Under the pieces are notes generated by a model, which had not been told where the DNA came from, did not search any database, and saw only the letters and a program-made list of their open reading frames with translations. Both the position numbers and the translations under genes were made by a program. Shown in pieces: positions 13,491 to 27,700 of a stretch of DNA of 64,000 nucleotides. The DNA lies in NCBI GenBank assembly GCA_051362555.1, contig CM120646.1, positions 5,022,001-5,086,000 on the forward strand, given 5' to 3'. Source of the stretch: Lingula anatina (Eukaryota > Animalia > Brachiopoda). Within the stretch, counting starts at the first letter, position 1; every line of letters begins with the position of its first letter.

Positions 13491-16088
13491 CAATAGCTTC
13501 CTATTAACATACTACACTCTGGTAGACAACAAGCAAAAAATAAAAGAAATAGAAAATTTGAACTGGGCCCCATGTTTTTTCTTGATGTCAACAGTTAACC
13601 ATTTTTTCTTATTTACTGCTCTCTGGTAAGCAATGGACAACAGGAAAGATGACGCTAAAGTTTTTTTACTGTAATGTCTGTCTACTACTTTAATATTGAC
13701 AACTAAAACTAGCACCCTGTGAATCCAGGTAGGTGCCAAAGTTCCACTGGATACCTAGGGTGCCGCCGCATGTCAGACAACTCGACTCATTAATCCTAAG
13801 ATTTTCCTGAGAAGGAAAAAGGACGTACGGGGCAGGCGTTCTCTGGAACCTTCTCTCGGGTTTAGGACTGCCCCCTATCCACCCTTTGAACTAGAGAGTA
13901 CGGTTCACTTGATAATTGCTTGTGGCAACACAGATTTCCAACTGCAACCTGAAAGAGTGCTGCCATTTTGAATTAGGTCTTTTCTGAAACACCCTTTTCC
14001 AGCAATGGATTTTGGAGTCCGTCCAACCTCACTAATCATCCTTTTATAGTGTCAGAGACTAAATTTTTATCTATTTTTCATTGTCCCATCTAGTTTTTAT
14101 AAATAGCTTTTCAAGTGTGTTAACTGCTTTAGAGCTTGCCTGGCCTAGAGGTACACATTGGAGCCCAAAATATGAATAAGTATCCAAACTTTGGATTTGT
14201 TTGAAATTATGACATGTCATCCCTCAGCAAAATGTTTTCACTATATTTTGTTATTTCAACTGCAGAATGTTTTTGTTCTTTTTTATCAGGGTCACTGTAC
14301 ATTATGCAAAGAACATGCTATGGATTATGGGTAATAAGAAACAGGCCATGTACTGGACTTAACAAGCATTCTATGGGGGAACTTACACTCAATTTTTTTC
14401 TTTTTTTGCTTTTTTCCAAGGTGAGGGTAAATCTGTTAACAAGTGGAATTTCATTTTAAAACCTTGCTAACAAGTGGGCTTTCAGTTTAAAAAACCTTGA
14501 AAAAAAAATGGGATGAAAAATACATTGTGCGGCACTGCCTGAACAAATAATTAAACAGGCAGTTTGCTATGAGCAACAAATTACGACTTTGGTGTCAGTC
14601 TACAATTATTTAAAAGAAATGTGGATAAACAAATAAAGAAATATCAGAGACTTACACTGCTTTCAATATTTATCTTCAAAATGGCTTAACCCCCCTCCCT
14701 CACAAAAAAAAAGTTCCAATTGGGCATAAAAGATTTGAGCACGGTTATATTTTGATACATATACCATAATCTAAGAGGTCAAACCAAAAAAAAAGGCAGA
14801 CATTTAACACGGATGAGACTGCCATTATGTGAAAAAGTCTTAAATTACAGCATAGGGTCCAGAACCTACCCCCCCCCCCCCCTTCTTTATTTACTGCAGA
14901 TCTGCATCGATCTCATAAATGAAAATTATCGCTCTCAAAAAGTCTGATATATGCCAATAGTCTGTATATAATCTCATACCTGACTCAAACCACTCTTAAC
15001 AGAATAGACATTTCAGCAGCAAACGTTTCACAGTGGGCATCAAAAGAAACTTTTACTCTAAAATGATGAAAGTTGACAAACTCATCATATCCTAAAACAA
15101 ACCAGCAGTTATCAAGCCAAACCAACACAAACCAGAGGCCGAGAAAGACGGAGAAATTCTAACATGAAAGGCAACCCAGCATGTAGTCGGAGGCGCACTA
15201 CATTCATATGGATCCCTGGCTCTGCCGACTTGACCTTTCCCCAGCTTCAGGCAAGTTTCATTTTTCTTGCTTCAATTTCCTTTTCTGTGATGCACGCCAA
15301 AGTGAAAATTATATTGTAAGGAGGCTAAGGAGTAGCTCTTAATTTTTTATTGCTACAGTGTGACTTCCTTGGAGAGACAGTAGTCAATGGAACCCCTTCA
15401 GGAATTGCTGGACAGCTTGATGGTTGGGATAACAACAAGGATGTCTTTGTGTTCTACATGTTATTTGTATCATCTTCAGGCCTCCACTGCCTCAAGCAAC
15501 AAGCCCAATATACCAATACCGAACACGAAGAGACTTGAGAAGAGTTAAGTACCCTAGGGTCATCACCTTACTAAATTTAAATTTTGCTTTAATCTGAACA
15601 ATGCAGACAGCCTCCAGACTATATTTGTAATAGAGAATGAGAGATGTTATAACAAATAAATGAAAAATGTACAGTATATCTCTGTAAACTAAAAGAAAAT
15701 TTGCACCAAGTGCACAAAGAATAGAAAACGCTTTCTTATGTATTTAAAGAAACTCCAGATACAAAAAAAAATTAAAAATAAAACTTACCAGTTAAGTCCC
15801 ATGTCTCTGTATACATTATACTGAACAATAAAAAGAAAACTTTCATTATGACTTCCTTGTTATTGTCAATAAACCACCTTTATGACTCTCTTGTGCTTTC
15901 TAGCAGAAAACAAACAAGAAACAAAATAAACAGAAACATTCAGTTGCAAACTAGAAGCAACTTAAACAGAAACATTCCCAATCTTTTTTTAAAAAGACAT
16001 GCTCTCCCAAAATGGGGGAAACTGAAACACCTGTATCACTTATGTTCTTACCAAAGGACTCAGTGTACAATTAGACATACCCTGACCT

Positions 16089-16130
16089 AAAAGCCACCCC
16101 TAGGGTCTCAAAAGCCACCCCTGGGGTCTC
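16089..16130. repeat. 21-bp tandem duplication
   Basis: aaaagccacccctagggtctc / aaaagccacccctggggtctc. Confidence 0.9.
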
Positions 16131-17064
16131 ACAAGAAGACGCTGGGGACAGAGCACCATATGACAGCAGAGTAGAGGAGAGACTTTAGGCGTAGACTAAA
16201 AATTTGTCAGGACAGGATAAATCAAATAAATAAACACAAACCACAAAATAAAAACACTCAAATTTGACACACTGACTTAATATGCTTGAACAACTCAAAA
16301 TTTTGATCAAAAATAGTTTCATTTATAGCGCTGTGATTTTTCTCAATTTTTTTAGAACAAGTCCATCTTGTTTTCTTTCCTTTTTTCCCCTTGAACAAGC
16401 CTCCAGCCTGCTGCAGCAAGGGACAACAGCACACACAACGTACTTCCTCGGCAACAAAAAGTATGTCACTATATAAAACCTCTTAACCTCTGTTTCAACT
16501 GGTTTTCAATCTCCCCCTCCAGGGCACTGCCGACAATACAGGTACATTCACTCACAGAGGTACTCCCGAGTAGATTCCACTCTCTATATGCAACCCATCG
16601 CTGAGCACATATTTTGAACACCTTGCCGAACTCTCTCTCTCCCAGGCTGTGTTATATTCAAGCACATTAAATCCCTTTTGGTTATTTTCAGCTATCTGTT
16701 GACCTAAAGAGAGGTGGGCCAAAAAACTTTGTTCATCCTTTCTTTTTTTTTCTCCTCTTTTGAATTTCATGAGCAACAAAAGTACGCCATTAAGATACCT
16801 CACAGTTAGAGGTATTAATACTCCTGTGGCTCTTACCATCAAGGCAGGCTTTAATATGCCTCTAAACAGCAAGTCCACTACCACTTAACCTCGATGGAAT
16901 TGGCATCCATTTAAAGCGGACTGGTGTTTACCATGGATGCTAGCTTGAAAAGCAGGAGCCTCACAGTGGCCTGCCTGCTGGATACAATGAACACAGAAAA
17001 GATCACTGGTATTAAACGCAGCCCAGGCAAGAAACCACACTCCGTTTATACATTACGTACCTAC

Positions 17065-17295
17065 CTCGCCTTGGGGGCTGCGACGGCTGCCGTACTCCTA
17101 TAACACATACACTTCCAACACCACTGAATCCTGTAGTATAACTACTCAGATGTGTAGTAAACAGATATAGTGTGAAAAGCTCTTTGGAGGTTAAGACCGT
17201 TTAGGCTCAGCTATACACCAGCCAAAGACTCTGACTAGAGACTCGGGTTTCCGCAGATATTATTAATGAGCCTCAAGTTGCTGAGTGAAGTACTT
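17065..17295 (-). other. Candidate alternative first exon of a minus-strand gene
   Basis: Donor CGAG|GTAGGT at 17065/17064 lies downstream of a GC box and CCAAT cluster. ATG at 17108 gives MCYRSTAAVAAPKA, open to the donor (phase 2). The 5' boundary is a guess. Confidence 0.4.
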
Positions 17296-17335
17296 GCTCC
17301 CATGACCCTGACAAGGGGCCCAACACATGCTGAGG

Positions 17336-17515
17336 GGGGCGGGGCTTGGGTTCTAACTCCCATTCCGATTGGTTGTATTAAATGAAGTGCACATGGAACC
17401 CTGCCTTTCATTGGCTCCTAGGCATGTTTTCTGGTTGTAATGAGGGACACCTGACTGCTGCCGTTGTTTGTGCATTTAATGATGCCAGGCATGTCAAACT
17501 TTTTTGATTGGCGGC
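17336..17515 (-). promoter_or_regulatory. Candidate Pol II promoter (GC box + three CCAAT boxes)
   Basis: GGGGCGGGGC at 17336-17345; ATTGG at 17368, 17410 and 17507 (minus strand AACCAATCG, AGCCAATGA, CGCCAATCA, NF-Y-like); locally raised GC content. Confidence 0.55.
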
Positions 17516-19299
17516 ACAGCTTGAGCGGCTTAATGAGAGAAATGCTCGCACCTTTAGCTGGGGGGAAACCAACGGAAATGGAAAAAATAGGAGGTAAATC
17601 ATTCTTGGGGAAGAACTAATGGAAAAATGTTTCCTATCTTTTCTGACAGACATTTATTCATGCAACAAGTTCTTAGCCTGTTTCTTAGAAATGGTAAGCC
17701 ATCTATTTCTTTTTCATTCTTTAGAGCATTTTGAATTCTGTCTTTGAATATGCTTTTATCCTAATAATTCAGCAAAACATACCACTATACATTTATAAAA
17801 CAGTTTTGCCCACCATTTTCACTTATTAAAGGTCCTAGCAAAAATGGTTACCAATAAAAAATCAAATCTTCAAATATTCTCTCAAATATTCTCAGTAAAG
17901 CCATTTACATTATATCAATGAGTTTTCACATTTATATATGCTTGGTTATCTTTCTTCTTTCAAGTCCCAATTTCAAATACTACTTTAATTCTAATCTCAA
18001 ACTGACTCATTCTCAACCATGTCCAGTCATTTTTAACTGAACCAAGAGGTCACCAACTGGTCACTCTGTGGTCAAAGGTGATGGACGATGGTGTTTCAGT
18101 CAAAGTGACAACTTCTTTGTCATCACACCTTTTGAACAGGGAAGGAAAAAAAAAGATGAGTTGACACTAGAGTCACCTGGTGGTGGAAACTGAAAGTAGC
18201 CAAAAGTGGAGATCAAAACTGCTGCCAAAAAAGGGGGAACCATATCTTAATGTGTTGTATTTCTTTTAAAGAAATATGAGTGGCAATTTTATTTTATTTG
18301 TGTTGATCCAGATAACAAAACAAAACGAGCGCGCAGAAGAAGTTTACCTCTGTCGCCAAATTTTCATTCTTTTCCCACTTAAAATCATATGACAGGATTG
18401 ATTCATTACATAATTTGGATTTCTATTAAAACTCTCCGCAAAAAGAACCTGATACAAGGGTCTCTGCGACGCTTTGATCTGTCACCTTTCTAGAGAGATA
18501 AAACCAGCTCTTATATAAAGTTACCTTTTAAACGTCCTAACCCTTTGTCCCATTGCCAATGTTGGAATGTTGTGCAGTTCAAACAAACATGTCTCGGTGC
18601 CCATCTACAATTGTATTGAACTTGCTATCTCCTTGTATTTGCTTTCAAATTCAATTATGCTGAGCAAATTTGAGGCTGTTACCATACAGCTTGAGCTTGG
18701 AAGAATCAAAATAGCAAATCGGCTGATAACAACTCATGTTGACTATTTTTTCCCAATCTTTACGGTAAATGTTCACAAATTTCAAACACTCAAATTATAC
18801 CAATACCTCATTCTTATAAGTATTATTTTTTAGTTATTTGCAAAAATAATAATAATGAAGATAATAACTTTATGTTAAAAAGCTGACCTTATAACTGAGA
18901 ATTCATCACTCTTCTCAAACACAATGCATTATTCATAAAGCATTATTTTGAACAACAGAATTTTATATACTTGTACATTTCTACAATTTAATAATCAATG
19001 TCATTGTGTTCAAATTTAGAGAGTAATTATTGTATAATATTATGCACAATTCGAACCTAGGAAAGCACAAAACTTATATAATGAAAATGCATTTCAGAAA
19101 TATTCCAGTAGCCCAGTAGTCAAAACAGATTTCAAATTTGTTTCTATTTCTATTGATGCACATGCTGAACATCACATTATCGTCTCATATTTCAGAAAAG
19201 AATAACAAAAAAAATCTCAAAGTAATTTTCAAATGCATAATCGGTTCTTTTTGAAAAGAACAACAAAGCTTTCAATGCATCAGATTCAAAATGCATCCT

Positions 19300-19380
19300 T
19301 GTTGTTAAATATTGGAAGGTGGAAATAACAAGTTCCTTTACCATAAAAAAGATATTTGTATCTCCACCCACTTCTTCTGA
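19300..19380 (-). pseudogene. Possible decayed L2/CR1 RT catalytic-region fragment
   Basis: Translation VGGDTNIFFMVKEL resembles FADDTNIFFSGKDL. Confidence 0.28.
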
Positions 19381-19683
19381 CAAGAGAACATGATCAATCA
19401 GTGACAACTCCAAACACGTGTAAGATAAAAGGCTGACAAAAAGTGGTTAGGATACAATAATGTTTTCACATTGCACTCTCAAAGGGAACATAAAGAAAGA
19501 CCAAAAAATACCATTAATATGACTATTGTTTTAATCTCCTAGTCCACCCCCTCCTTCTCTCTCTCTCTCTTTCATACACACAAACACAAACACTCAAACA
19601 ATGGACACATACACACACAGTCACTTACACACACAAACAAACACATACACAAAGATACACAGTCACACGTACATGCAGTTATG

Positions 19684-19710
19684 CACACACACACACACAC
19701 ACACACACAC
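19684..19710. repeat. (CA)n microsatellite at the end of a degenerate CA-rich tract (from ~19575)
   Basis: Direct read. Confidence 0.95.
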
Positions 19711-21563
19711 CTGTTTAACAGTTCCATCATCTTATCAGATAACACATTGGGAACTGGTCACAGATAACTACAACACATTTTCCTCATGCAATATTACCAT
19801 TAAAGTCAGTCGAGGTACAGAAACGAGCACAGTGAATTAATGACCTCTACATTTGGGTTAGATGTTGTCACTGTCAAATATAATAACAGGGCATCCTTCG
19901 GCAACACATACCTTATAACCTCAAGAAATGACACCTGAAAACCCCTTTGAAGTTTTTTCCACTGAACTTCTTCCACAAAAGTATGCAGCTTTTTCAAAAC
20001 TTAACTAAAATGTAATTTGACAGCAGTTTTGCATTAAACTGGAATAAAATCTAGCAGAGCCTCCATCTATTTTCTTCTCTGCATCCGTCCAGTCTTGAAA
20101 ATAACTTCAGCACTACTGTAGGTCAGGCTATGTGGGCCTCACCACACTTGTACCAAGGAAACAATTTGTTTCCAATTTTTTCTTACCCTGTCCGTTACAC
20201 ATGATATTCCATTTGAAAGGTATCCCTTTCCTGTTCTCTGCCCATTTCTCTGTGAAAACTATTCAGACACAGACAAGCTCTATGTTACCCCCTACACAAT
20301 TCATCTTCTTTTATCTCTACGTGTCTGCCGAAAATAAACAGAATATCCCTAAGGTTTGTTCTCCATACTTCTGGGGCCCCCTTGTTGAAGGTCCTCAAGA
20401 CCCCACAAATACCCATATACAAGAATGACGAATCTAAGTTATCTTCAGAACTTACTTATTATAACTAAAACAAAATTCATGCGAGTTAAAATCCAACGTT
20501 TTAAAACATGTTTAACTTTGTGGACACTAATTATTTAAGGTGGAGAATAAGTTACTAACTATCTCAAAAAATCACAACTGATTAACATTTTATATAATAA
20601 CCATTGCCTTTTAATTAATTTCATTAAATAATCACATTATGGAAATTGAATTTTGGGTGGAATATCCGAAACTTGAGATCTGAGTAAAGTGCAAAACATC
20701 AAAAAGTTGAACAAAATATCCAGATTTGAAATAACATACAATGAACTCTGCATAACTCCTTATCTATAACTTGAATGACTATATCATATCTTGTAGTACA
20801 GATTTTTTTTCCTTTGGTATAAGTTTAAGTTAATATGACCATTGCTTTATTTAAATCCTAACATACAAAGGACAAATTTTCTAGTCTTAAGTTTTCATCT
20901 CCATCAAGATAAAACTGCCATGACACGAGCTTCTTTTGGTAAGACAGTGTTAACTGCATCGACAGAAACTGCATGTTTCAAGTTAAAAAGTTGATTGGAA
21001 ATTCAGTCTGTGAGAACCATCACACCAAAATCTGGCAAAACACCTTGCGGGGGCTCACTTTCAAAAGCAAGAAACCAAGGGACCCTAATCTGTATTCTGC
21101 AATGTTAGAGCCGCAGTGACACCTCCATTTGATCACCTGTGTAATTAAAGCAAAAGTGTCAAATTAACAGATCCTTTGCACCCAAGGTGACAATGCCACA
21201 ATGCACTGGAATGTGTCGAAGACAGAGATTGATGTGACGCGCGAGAGAAGATCTTAGTTGCCCGGTTGAAAGAAAAGAGAGCCAGTTCCATTACCTAATA
21301 TCAATTGCAGCTCAATGGCGGCTGTGTAAAGATGAGATTAGCGGTTTGTGATTGAAATGAAGAGAAACCTGGCTTAGTGCTCTAAAACTGCTGCACCTTT
21401 TTGTGATTTTTTTTTCAATAGCACGTATCCTGAAAACAAAACCTTTATCTCTAAAAACATGTAGTGCTTTTTTTTCAGATTAATCATAGTCTTGCCTGTC
21501 TCCTGCCTAGCTGACACCAGTATAATGAGGGCATGTTATGTAATACAATTATTTTCTAAAGAA

Positions 21564-21705
21564 CATCCTATATGACTCTGTGGGACTCAATAGGAATTCT
21601 GTGACACATCCTATAGGATTCTCATGTAGGACATATGTCCTATAAGATCCTGTAGGATTTTGGGCCAATTTTCCTGCCGGACACTACATGGAATTTCTGT
21701 AAGAG
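21564..21705. repeat. Degenerate short-period palindromic repeat (tcctatagga-like), probable DNA-transposon subterminal relic
   Basis: Recurrent catcctata, taggaattct, atcctataggat, gtaggac, tcctataagatcctgtaggat. Confidence 0.45.
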
Positions 21706-24700
21706 ATGTACACAGTATCTGGGATGTAAACAATTACATCAAGAGTCTATATAATTTTTTGCTGCTGCAGGGTTGGGAAAATCATGTTCATGTATATGCT
21801 ATGTCACACCATTCTGAGGAAATTTATCATTTACTAAAATCATAACCGCTTCTGGTGCCGTCTGACTCTGTTCGATTTCTCTTAAATTAATTCTTCAAAT
21901 CAGGATTATCTGCACTATATAGAAATATGACCAATTTTTAAAAACAAACACATTTAACCTATATGTCATTTGTAAATTTACACATCAAAGTCTCTTTTGC
22001 TTTTGCTCTCACATCTGCACTACATTGACTCTTTTTGTCCTTTTTAGAAAGTAATTGTAACTGTCAGAATTACACTGAGATGCACTGACTTGAACCCATT
22101 TCACAAAAGAACTTAAGCAAGAAAAAAATGGCCTAAACTTTAAGACAAAAATCTTAGTCTACTTTGGTCCCAGATAAATCAGGAGTCGTCCAATTTCATG
22201 ATATATTGTGCCTATTTAACAACAAAAAAAGTCACTGTTAATGTTTCAATAATTATCAATACTTACATTTAACTGGAGTGGATCAATTTTTGGTCTCAAA
22301 GTATCAACCAATTTTTTGGCTGAAATTTCTCTGTGACTCCAGACTCAGAACTCTCCCCGGAGGGTCTTGTCAATTTGACATATTCTACTGGGTCTTTATA
22401 CGGAGTAACCACTACGACCAAAAGTTACACAAAGAAAATACCATCATAAAAAAAATTAGTCCCCGAATTATGTTCACAGCAGGAGCTGAAACAAAGCATT
22501 GCATGACGAAGATGATTTTTCATCATTAAAGATGGAGTTGGACGGGAACTATAAAGTTATCTTTATTGAGTAATAATGGATGCCGCTGTGCTAGTTCTGT
22601 ATCTCTGACCTACGAAAACTGTAAAGTCTGGAATGGGATGAGAGAACACTGAAAATGGAGACAAACCTCACCCTTCTCCTTAATTCTTCCCGTTTTTTTG
22701 ATGATTTGTAAAACAAAAATGGTTGAATTTGCATGTCCCAATGCATGCAAATCCCGATTACTGTATAACCTCTGTGACAAACTGACAGAACACAATTGTG
22801 AAAAGGAGTTCACATATTTAGTAAATATCAAAATTAATACTCATGATGTTGCTAGACACCAAATGTTTTTCACCAACTGTAGTCACAATAAATGCATCAT
22901 TTTTTATCAAAAACTAATATTGTGCATACAAAGGAAGGCCTACTTTGTTTGGGAATGTCACATTTTTGGTAAAAAAAAAAACACACACAAGGGCCAAAAT
23001 AACAACCTGAGAGTCTTATAAAGAATATGAAGGACATAAAAATATTAAAGTACAATACTGTAAACATGCACCTTTAAGTGTGAATTTCTATATTTTAGAT
23101 AACTCTAGAGCCATAAAAACCATGCCTTCCCGAGTCAAATGACATCAAAATGACAGCTAAATACAACCTGACTTATCCTCCCAGCATGGGGTTTTAACTG
23201 AACATGCTATATTGCATGATCTGAAGACAAAGAGGATGCACTGAACACTGGGACTAAAAAAAAATCAAGTTTTTTTTTTTTAAACCCCACCTTCATGCAG
23301 ATTGTAACCAGCATATTTCAAAGGGAGGAGGTTCTTTTTTTCTGAAAAACTGATTCTTTTTTTACAAATGTGACAAAGAACCTTGATTAAATTCTGATTC
23401 AAAGGCATTCTTTTCATGGTCAAGAGTTGTTCATTGAAGCCCCTTGCTTGCATTCCCCCTTCCCAATGCCTAAATGCCTGCCTTGTCCCAAAAATGTAAT
23501 CTCCCACCTATATAGACAAAACTCTTTATCAAGCTGACATAGAACCTTGATCAGATTTTGATTCAGAGCATAACTTTTGATAATGAAAAGAGTGGTTCAT
23601 TCAAACCCCCTTTGAATCCCCTCTCAATACCCACAGGTCTGCCTTGTTACAAAAAAGGGGTGATCCTGCAGCTACTTATACAAAACTGTCAATGCCTTTC
23701 TCTCTACTGTTTAACCTACAGAGAAGTCCACAGGCTTTCAAGTTAATTAATTTCCCATCCAATAGCTTATTATCTAGCTGAACTTTGCAACCAAATAAAC
23801 AATCAACAAGTAGTTAGCTGATTACTACCTATGCCAACACAGAAAATTGTTTGTTTGTTTGTTGGCAAGATATAACGGACTTTCTATAATATTTTGATAT
23901 ATTTTGATAAAATTTTTAGGATAAAGAGGGGGGAAGGATATTTTCAAAGATTTTTTTGTTGTTCATCACTGTTTGTCTTGATGACCTGTCCTCTCAGAGT
24001 GTTCTCTAATTAACATATATTTTAATTTCAAACATTTATATTTAGACTCACAATTTTGAAACAAAAATAAATAAATACAAAATCATGAAATTCCATGAGC
24101 TCATTGAGCTTGTAAATATCTGGTGATAATCTAAAATCAACAAGATCAACTTTATTGAAGATCATGTAGAATTATAGTATTTTTTCAAAACTTTACCGAT
24201 ACTTATGTCATGTTAAACACAAAATTCTATAGGATGTATTTTTTTCATAAGCAATAAAATTGAAAACTTGTTGAATTTCAGGATAAAATGCTTTGAATAT
24301 TCTTCAGATTCAACTGACACCCTGTGATTTTACAGAAAAAACATTTATTTTGAATCTTAGCCCTCTTGAGATGAAAAAAATTCCAAGTGGTTGTTAAACA
24401 GGCAATCTTGGCTGCTGACATAAAGAGTTATATAAAATAGGATAAAAATCTTGCAGAACAAAAAATTATGTCCCATGCACCAATCACAACCTTTTTTACA
24501 AATACCAGGATGCAAAAAGAACCTATCACAGTTGGTGTAACAAACCCAGAACCTATGTCAAAAAGGCAAAGGGTTATCTAGTTGGAAAATATGTCTGTCC
24601 CCGCCGCCTGTTAAGTTGCACTCATCAGAATACCCCCAAAACTGGCACTTCCTTCTACGAACACCTCTTCACCATGGTCTTGCACCTGCACGACACCTGA

Positions 24701-24717
24701 AGGTCACATGAAGGTCA
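24701..24717 (+). promoter_or_regulatory. Perfect DR5 nuclear-receptor element (RARE-type)
   Basis: AGGTCA-catga-AGGTCA, preceded by two CACCTG E-boxes (~24683, ~24694). Confidence 0.45.
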
Positions 24718-27700
24718 TGTGATCGGATGGTGACTGATGAAGCAGTTCACATTGTCAGGGGTAATCAAGTTGGAAAACGTGTCTTTCTGCAATTTTTTCA
24801 CTATACTTTGCAGGTTCTTAGGAAACTGGATATCAATATCAATTTGTTTGCTTCCAATTAGTCGTAATTTTGAGTACAAAGTGCTGTATCATCATCACAA
24901 GTGCATTCGGACTGACAGACAATATTGTACTTTGAGAGATCATTGAAATTCATGACATAAATGCAATAAAAAATAGCAATAGCAAATAGAAAAAAAATTA
25001 AATACAACAAGTAGCAATTCTCAGAAGTAAGTGAGATACGTTAATAATTTTGTTTAATGGCTTATATCAAAATAACACCAAAACCTTGTTTTACTTTGCT
25101 CAGCATCCTTCCGAATGCACTCGAAAAACTTCTTTCAATTTTTTCTTCTTTTTTTCTTTCCAAGGATGTCAATGGGTATCATTCAGTTCTAGAGGAAGTA
25201 CTCCTAGACCTCTCTCTCCACGAACTGACCCAACCAACCCACCCTTTTCTAGACGCAACAAGCCAAAGTGCAATAGTTATACTAAAACTATTCTCCAACA
25301 GCACTCTTCCACCTACTTAATCTTAAACTATAGGACAAAAGTACCAATAAACTCTTCCAAAGGACTTAAATGCATTTTCTTTCTTTATGACTTAATTCAT
25401 ACAATGAATAATTATCCATGTTGTTACATGTTACATTACAAAGTATATAACAGTTTGAACAAAAAACAATCACACACTCGTGCTCAAACATATACTAGGA
25501 TGCAAGTGTAGGTTTAAGCATTGGTTTAACACATTTCAATATGATGGTCATTGTTCTTTACCTCATCCTTTGTCACATTCCTTAGCTTTCTGCCAATATC
25601 AATTTAATTCAAAAGCTTTTGTGAATTAAACTGCTTATTCCACTTTCCTTTTTTTTTTACTTACTTTCTTTACCCTCTTTTTCTTTTTATTTTCGTGAAA
25701 TTTACGAAAAAATAACAATCTACCATTTTGCCAAGAAAAAAAGGGATAAGGGGGATGTTGGTAAAAATTTGCCTCATTTTAAACAGCAAATTTACCACTC
25801 TTTAGAAGCTGTAGGATGACCCCCTTCCAACCCCCCCCCCCCACCCCCCAATAGCTACCAACAGAAAGAAAGAATACTATGGAACAGTCTAAGACATTGC
25901 TAGAACCTCTAGAACATGCACTTCAACTTACCTAGCTTGTATCATCTGTTTTCTTAGCGAATTGTAAAAAAACTCCCTCAACAGTTGGTTTTCTGAAAGA
26001 CAATATTTTAACCATTATGTTGACGTAATTTTAATTTTTCAAGGTGATAGTTCAAAGATAAGTGGATGCTACCAGTTTACAAAACAGTTTACCTAAACAC
26101 CTTCGAACAAAAAAATCATGTCATTAAGTTCAGTGCCTTCACCTGTCAAATTTGACATTTGATTTGGATCCATTACTTGCTCTCAGCTTTGAATGTTCCC
26201 TTACCCAGCCCACGTTTTTATTTTATAATATTTATCTTTACTTTTTGGTGGAAATTTGCTGGCAACTGTAATTCATCAATTCAATATTGCCATTTGCATT
26301 GTTCTCTCGTACATGTTAAAGCTGTTCAACAAAAAAAACATGGCAGGAGAGAGAATCAATGGTTGCTCCTTTCAATTTTCTACTCATGACATACAACAAA
26401 TTGCATTACTCTTCAACCTCTTTAATTGACCTTTCATCCTCATCTCAAATCTTCAGCAATTCATCAAGAAACATCTGATAACCCCCTAAAAACCTTGATC
26501 AATACACATACCTTCAAAACTTTTTAATGAGGTTTAAAGAGATTGAAGGAGCAAAACCTTTCCTTTGGCTCCAAGATCATTAGCAAAAAGTTCAAGAAGA
26601 CCATCAATCATATGTTGGCAAAAGAGTTTTCTAATAATGAGTCCATTCTGGTGTTGTTTTTCTACTGTATATATTTAATGGACTTTAAGCAGTGTTCATT
26701 ATAAGTTAAATATTATTGAAGTCATTATTTAGCTTTTTTTTTCTTTAATTTTTTTTTTTTTTTTTTTGCTTTCTTTAATGTTAATTGTCTAGATAATGAG
26801 AATGAAAAAAGCTTTCTTTTTTATCAAATTATTTCAATAGAAAACATACGTGTAATTGCAGCTGCTAGTAAATTTTTTTCTGACTTGCTTGTTTCATTTC
26901 TGCTTATTTTTTTTTTTTTCTCACTGCTTGTGAAGATACTCTTCTTGTACATTTTTTTCTTTTACTTTGCATCAGCTTTTATCTTAATCCTCTGAAATGC
27001 TCGGCTTTTAACACGTAATTAACTTAGGCACACGGCACAATAGAAATTGTTAAAAGGATATTGGCCGAAAAATGCCTGTGTGTCGAGAGAGGAAATGTCA
27101 GCCCCAAAGTCCGTCCTCCCACTGGTTTAATGAACTTTGGGGTGTCGCGGATTAATTGGGACCCCTTGGCACTGCGAAGGCCTGTGACAGTTGAACCCAA
27201 AAAATGTCCAATTAGATATCTGGTCAACCCAATTTTGTCACATTTAACAATGTCACTTGTGTTCCTTGTGAAAGAAAATTGTTGTTATGACTAAGCACAG
27301 GAGAAGATAGGAGGGGCAAAACATGAAAAAAAAATTATGAAAAATTTGGTCAATCCACACTGGCACATATTTAGCAAGTGAAAGATAAATAAAGAAGTTG
27401 TTTTCATAATCAGATTTAAACAAATCTAGAGGGGGGAAATGTGTTACATTTCTGCTATTGCTAGTTTTACTGGCATAAGTTCTTCTTTTGGTTTGCAGTG
27501 CTTCAAATGAAAACGTTATCTCTGAGGCCATTTTGAAGAGAATTAATTAGCTAAAATATTGACTGACATGCCAATTACACTCCCCTGACCACACCCACCT
27601 TCCACAGGAGGAAAAAATTCATACAAGTATGACTGACAGCAGGTATTCATGGCATTCACTTAAAACACAGATAATAACTTTTCCATAAGCACAGTAACTG

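Noticed and set aside
27100-27148. Hairpin ccccaaagt...actttgggg as a pre-miRNA
   Set aside because: The stem is too short and there is no recognisable mature miRNA.
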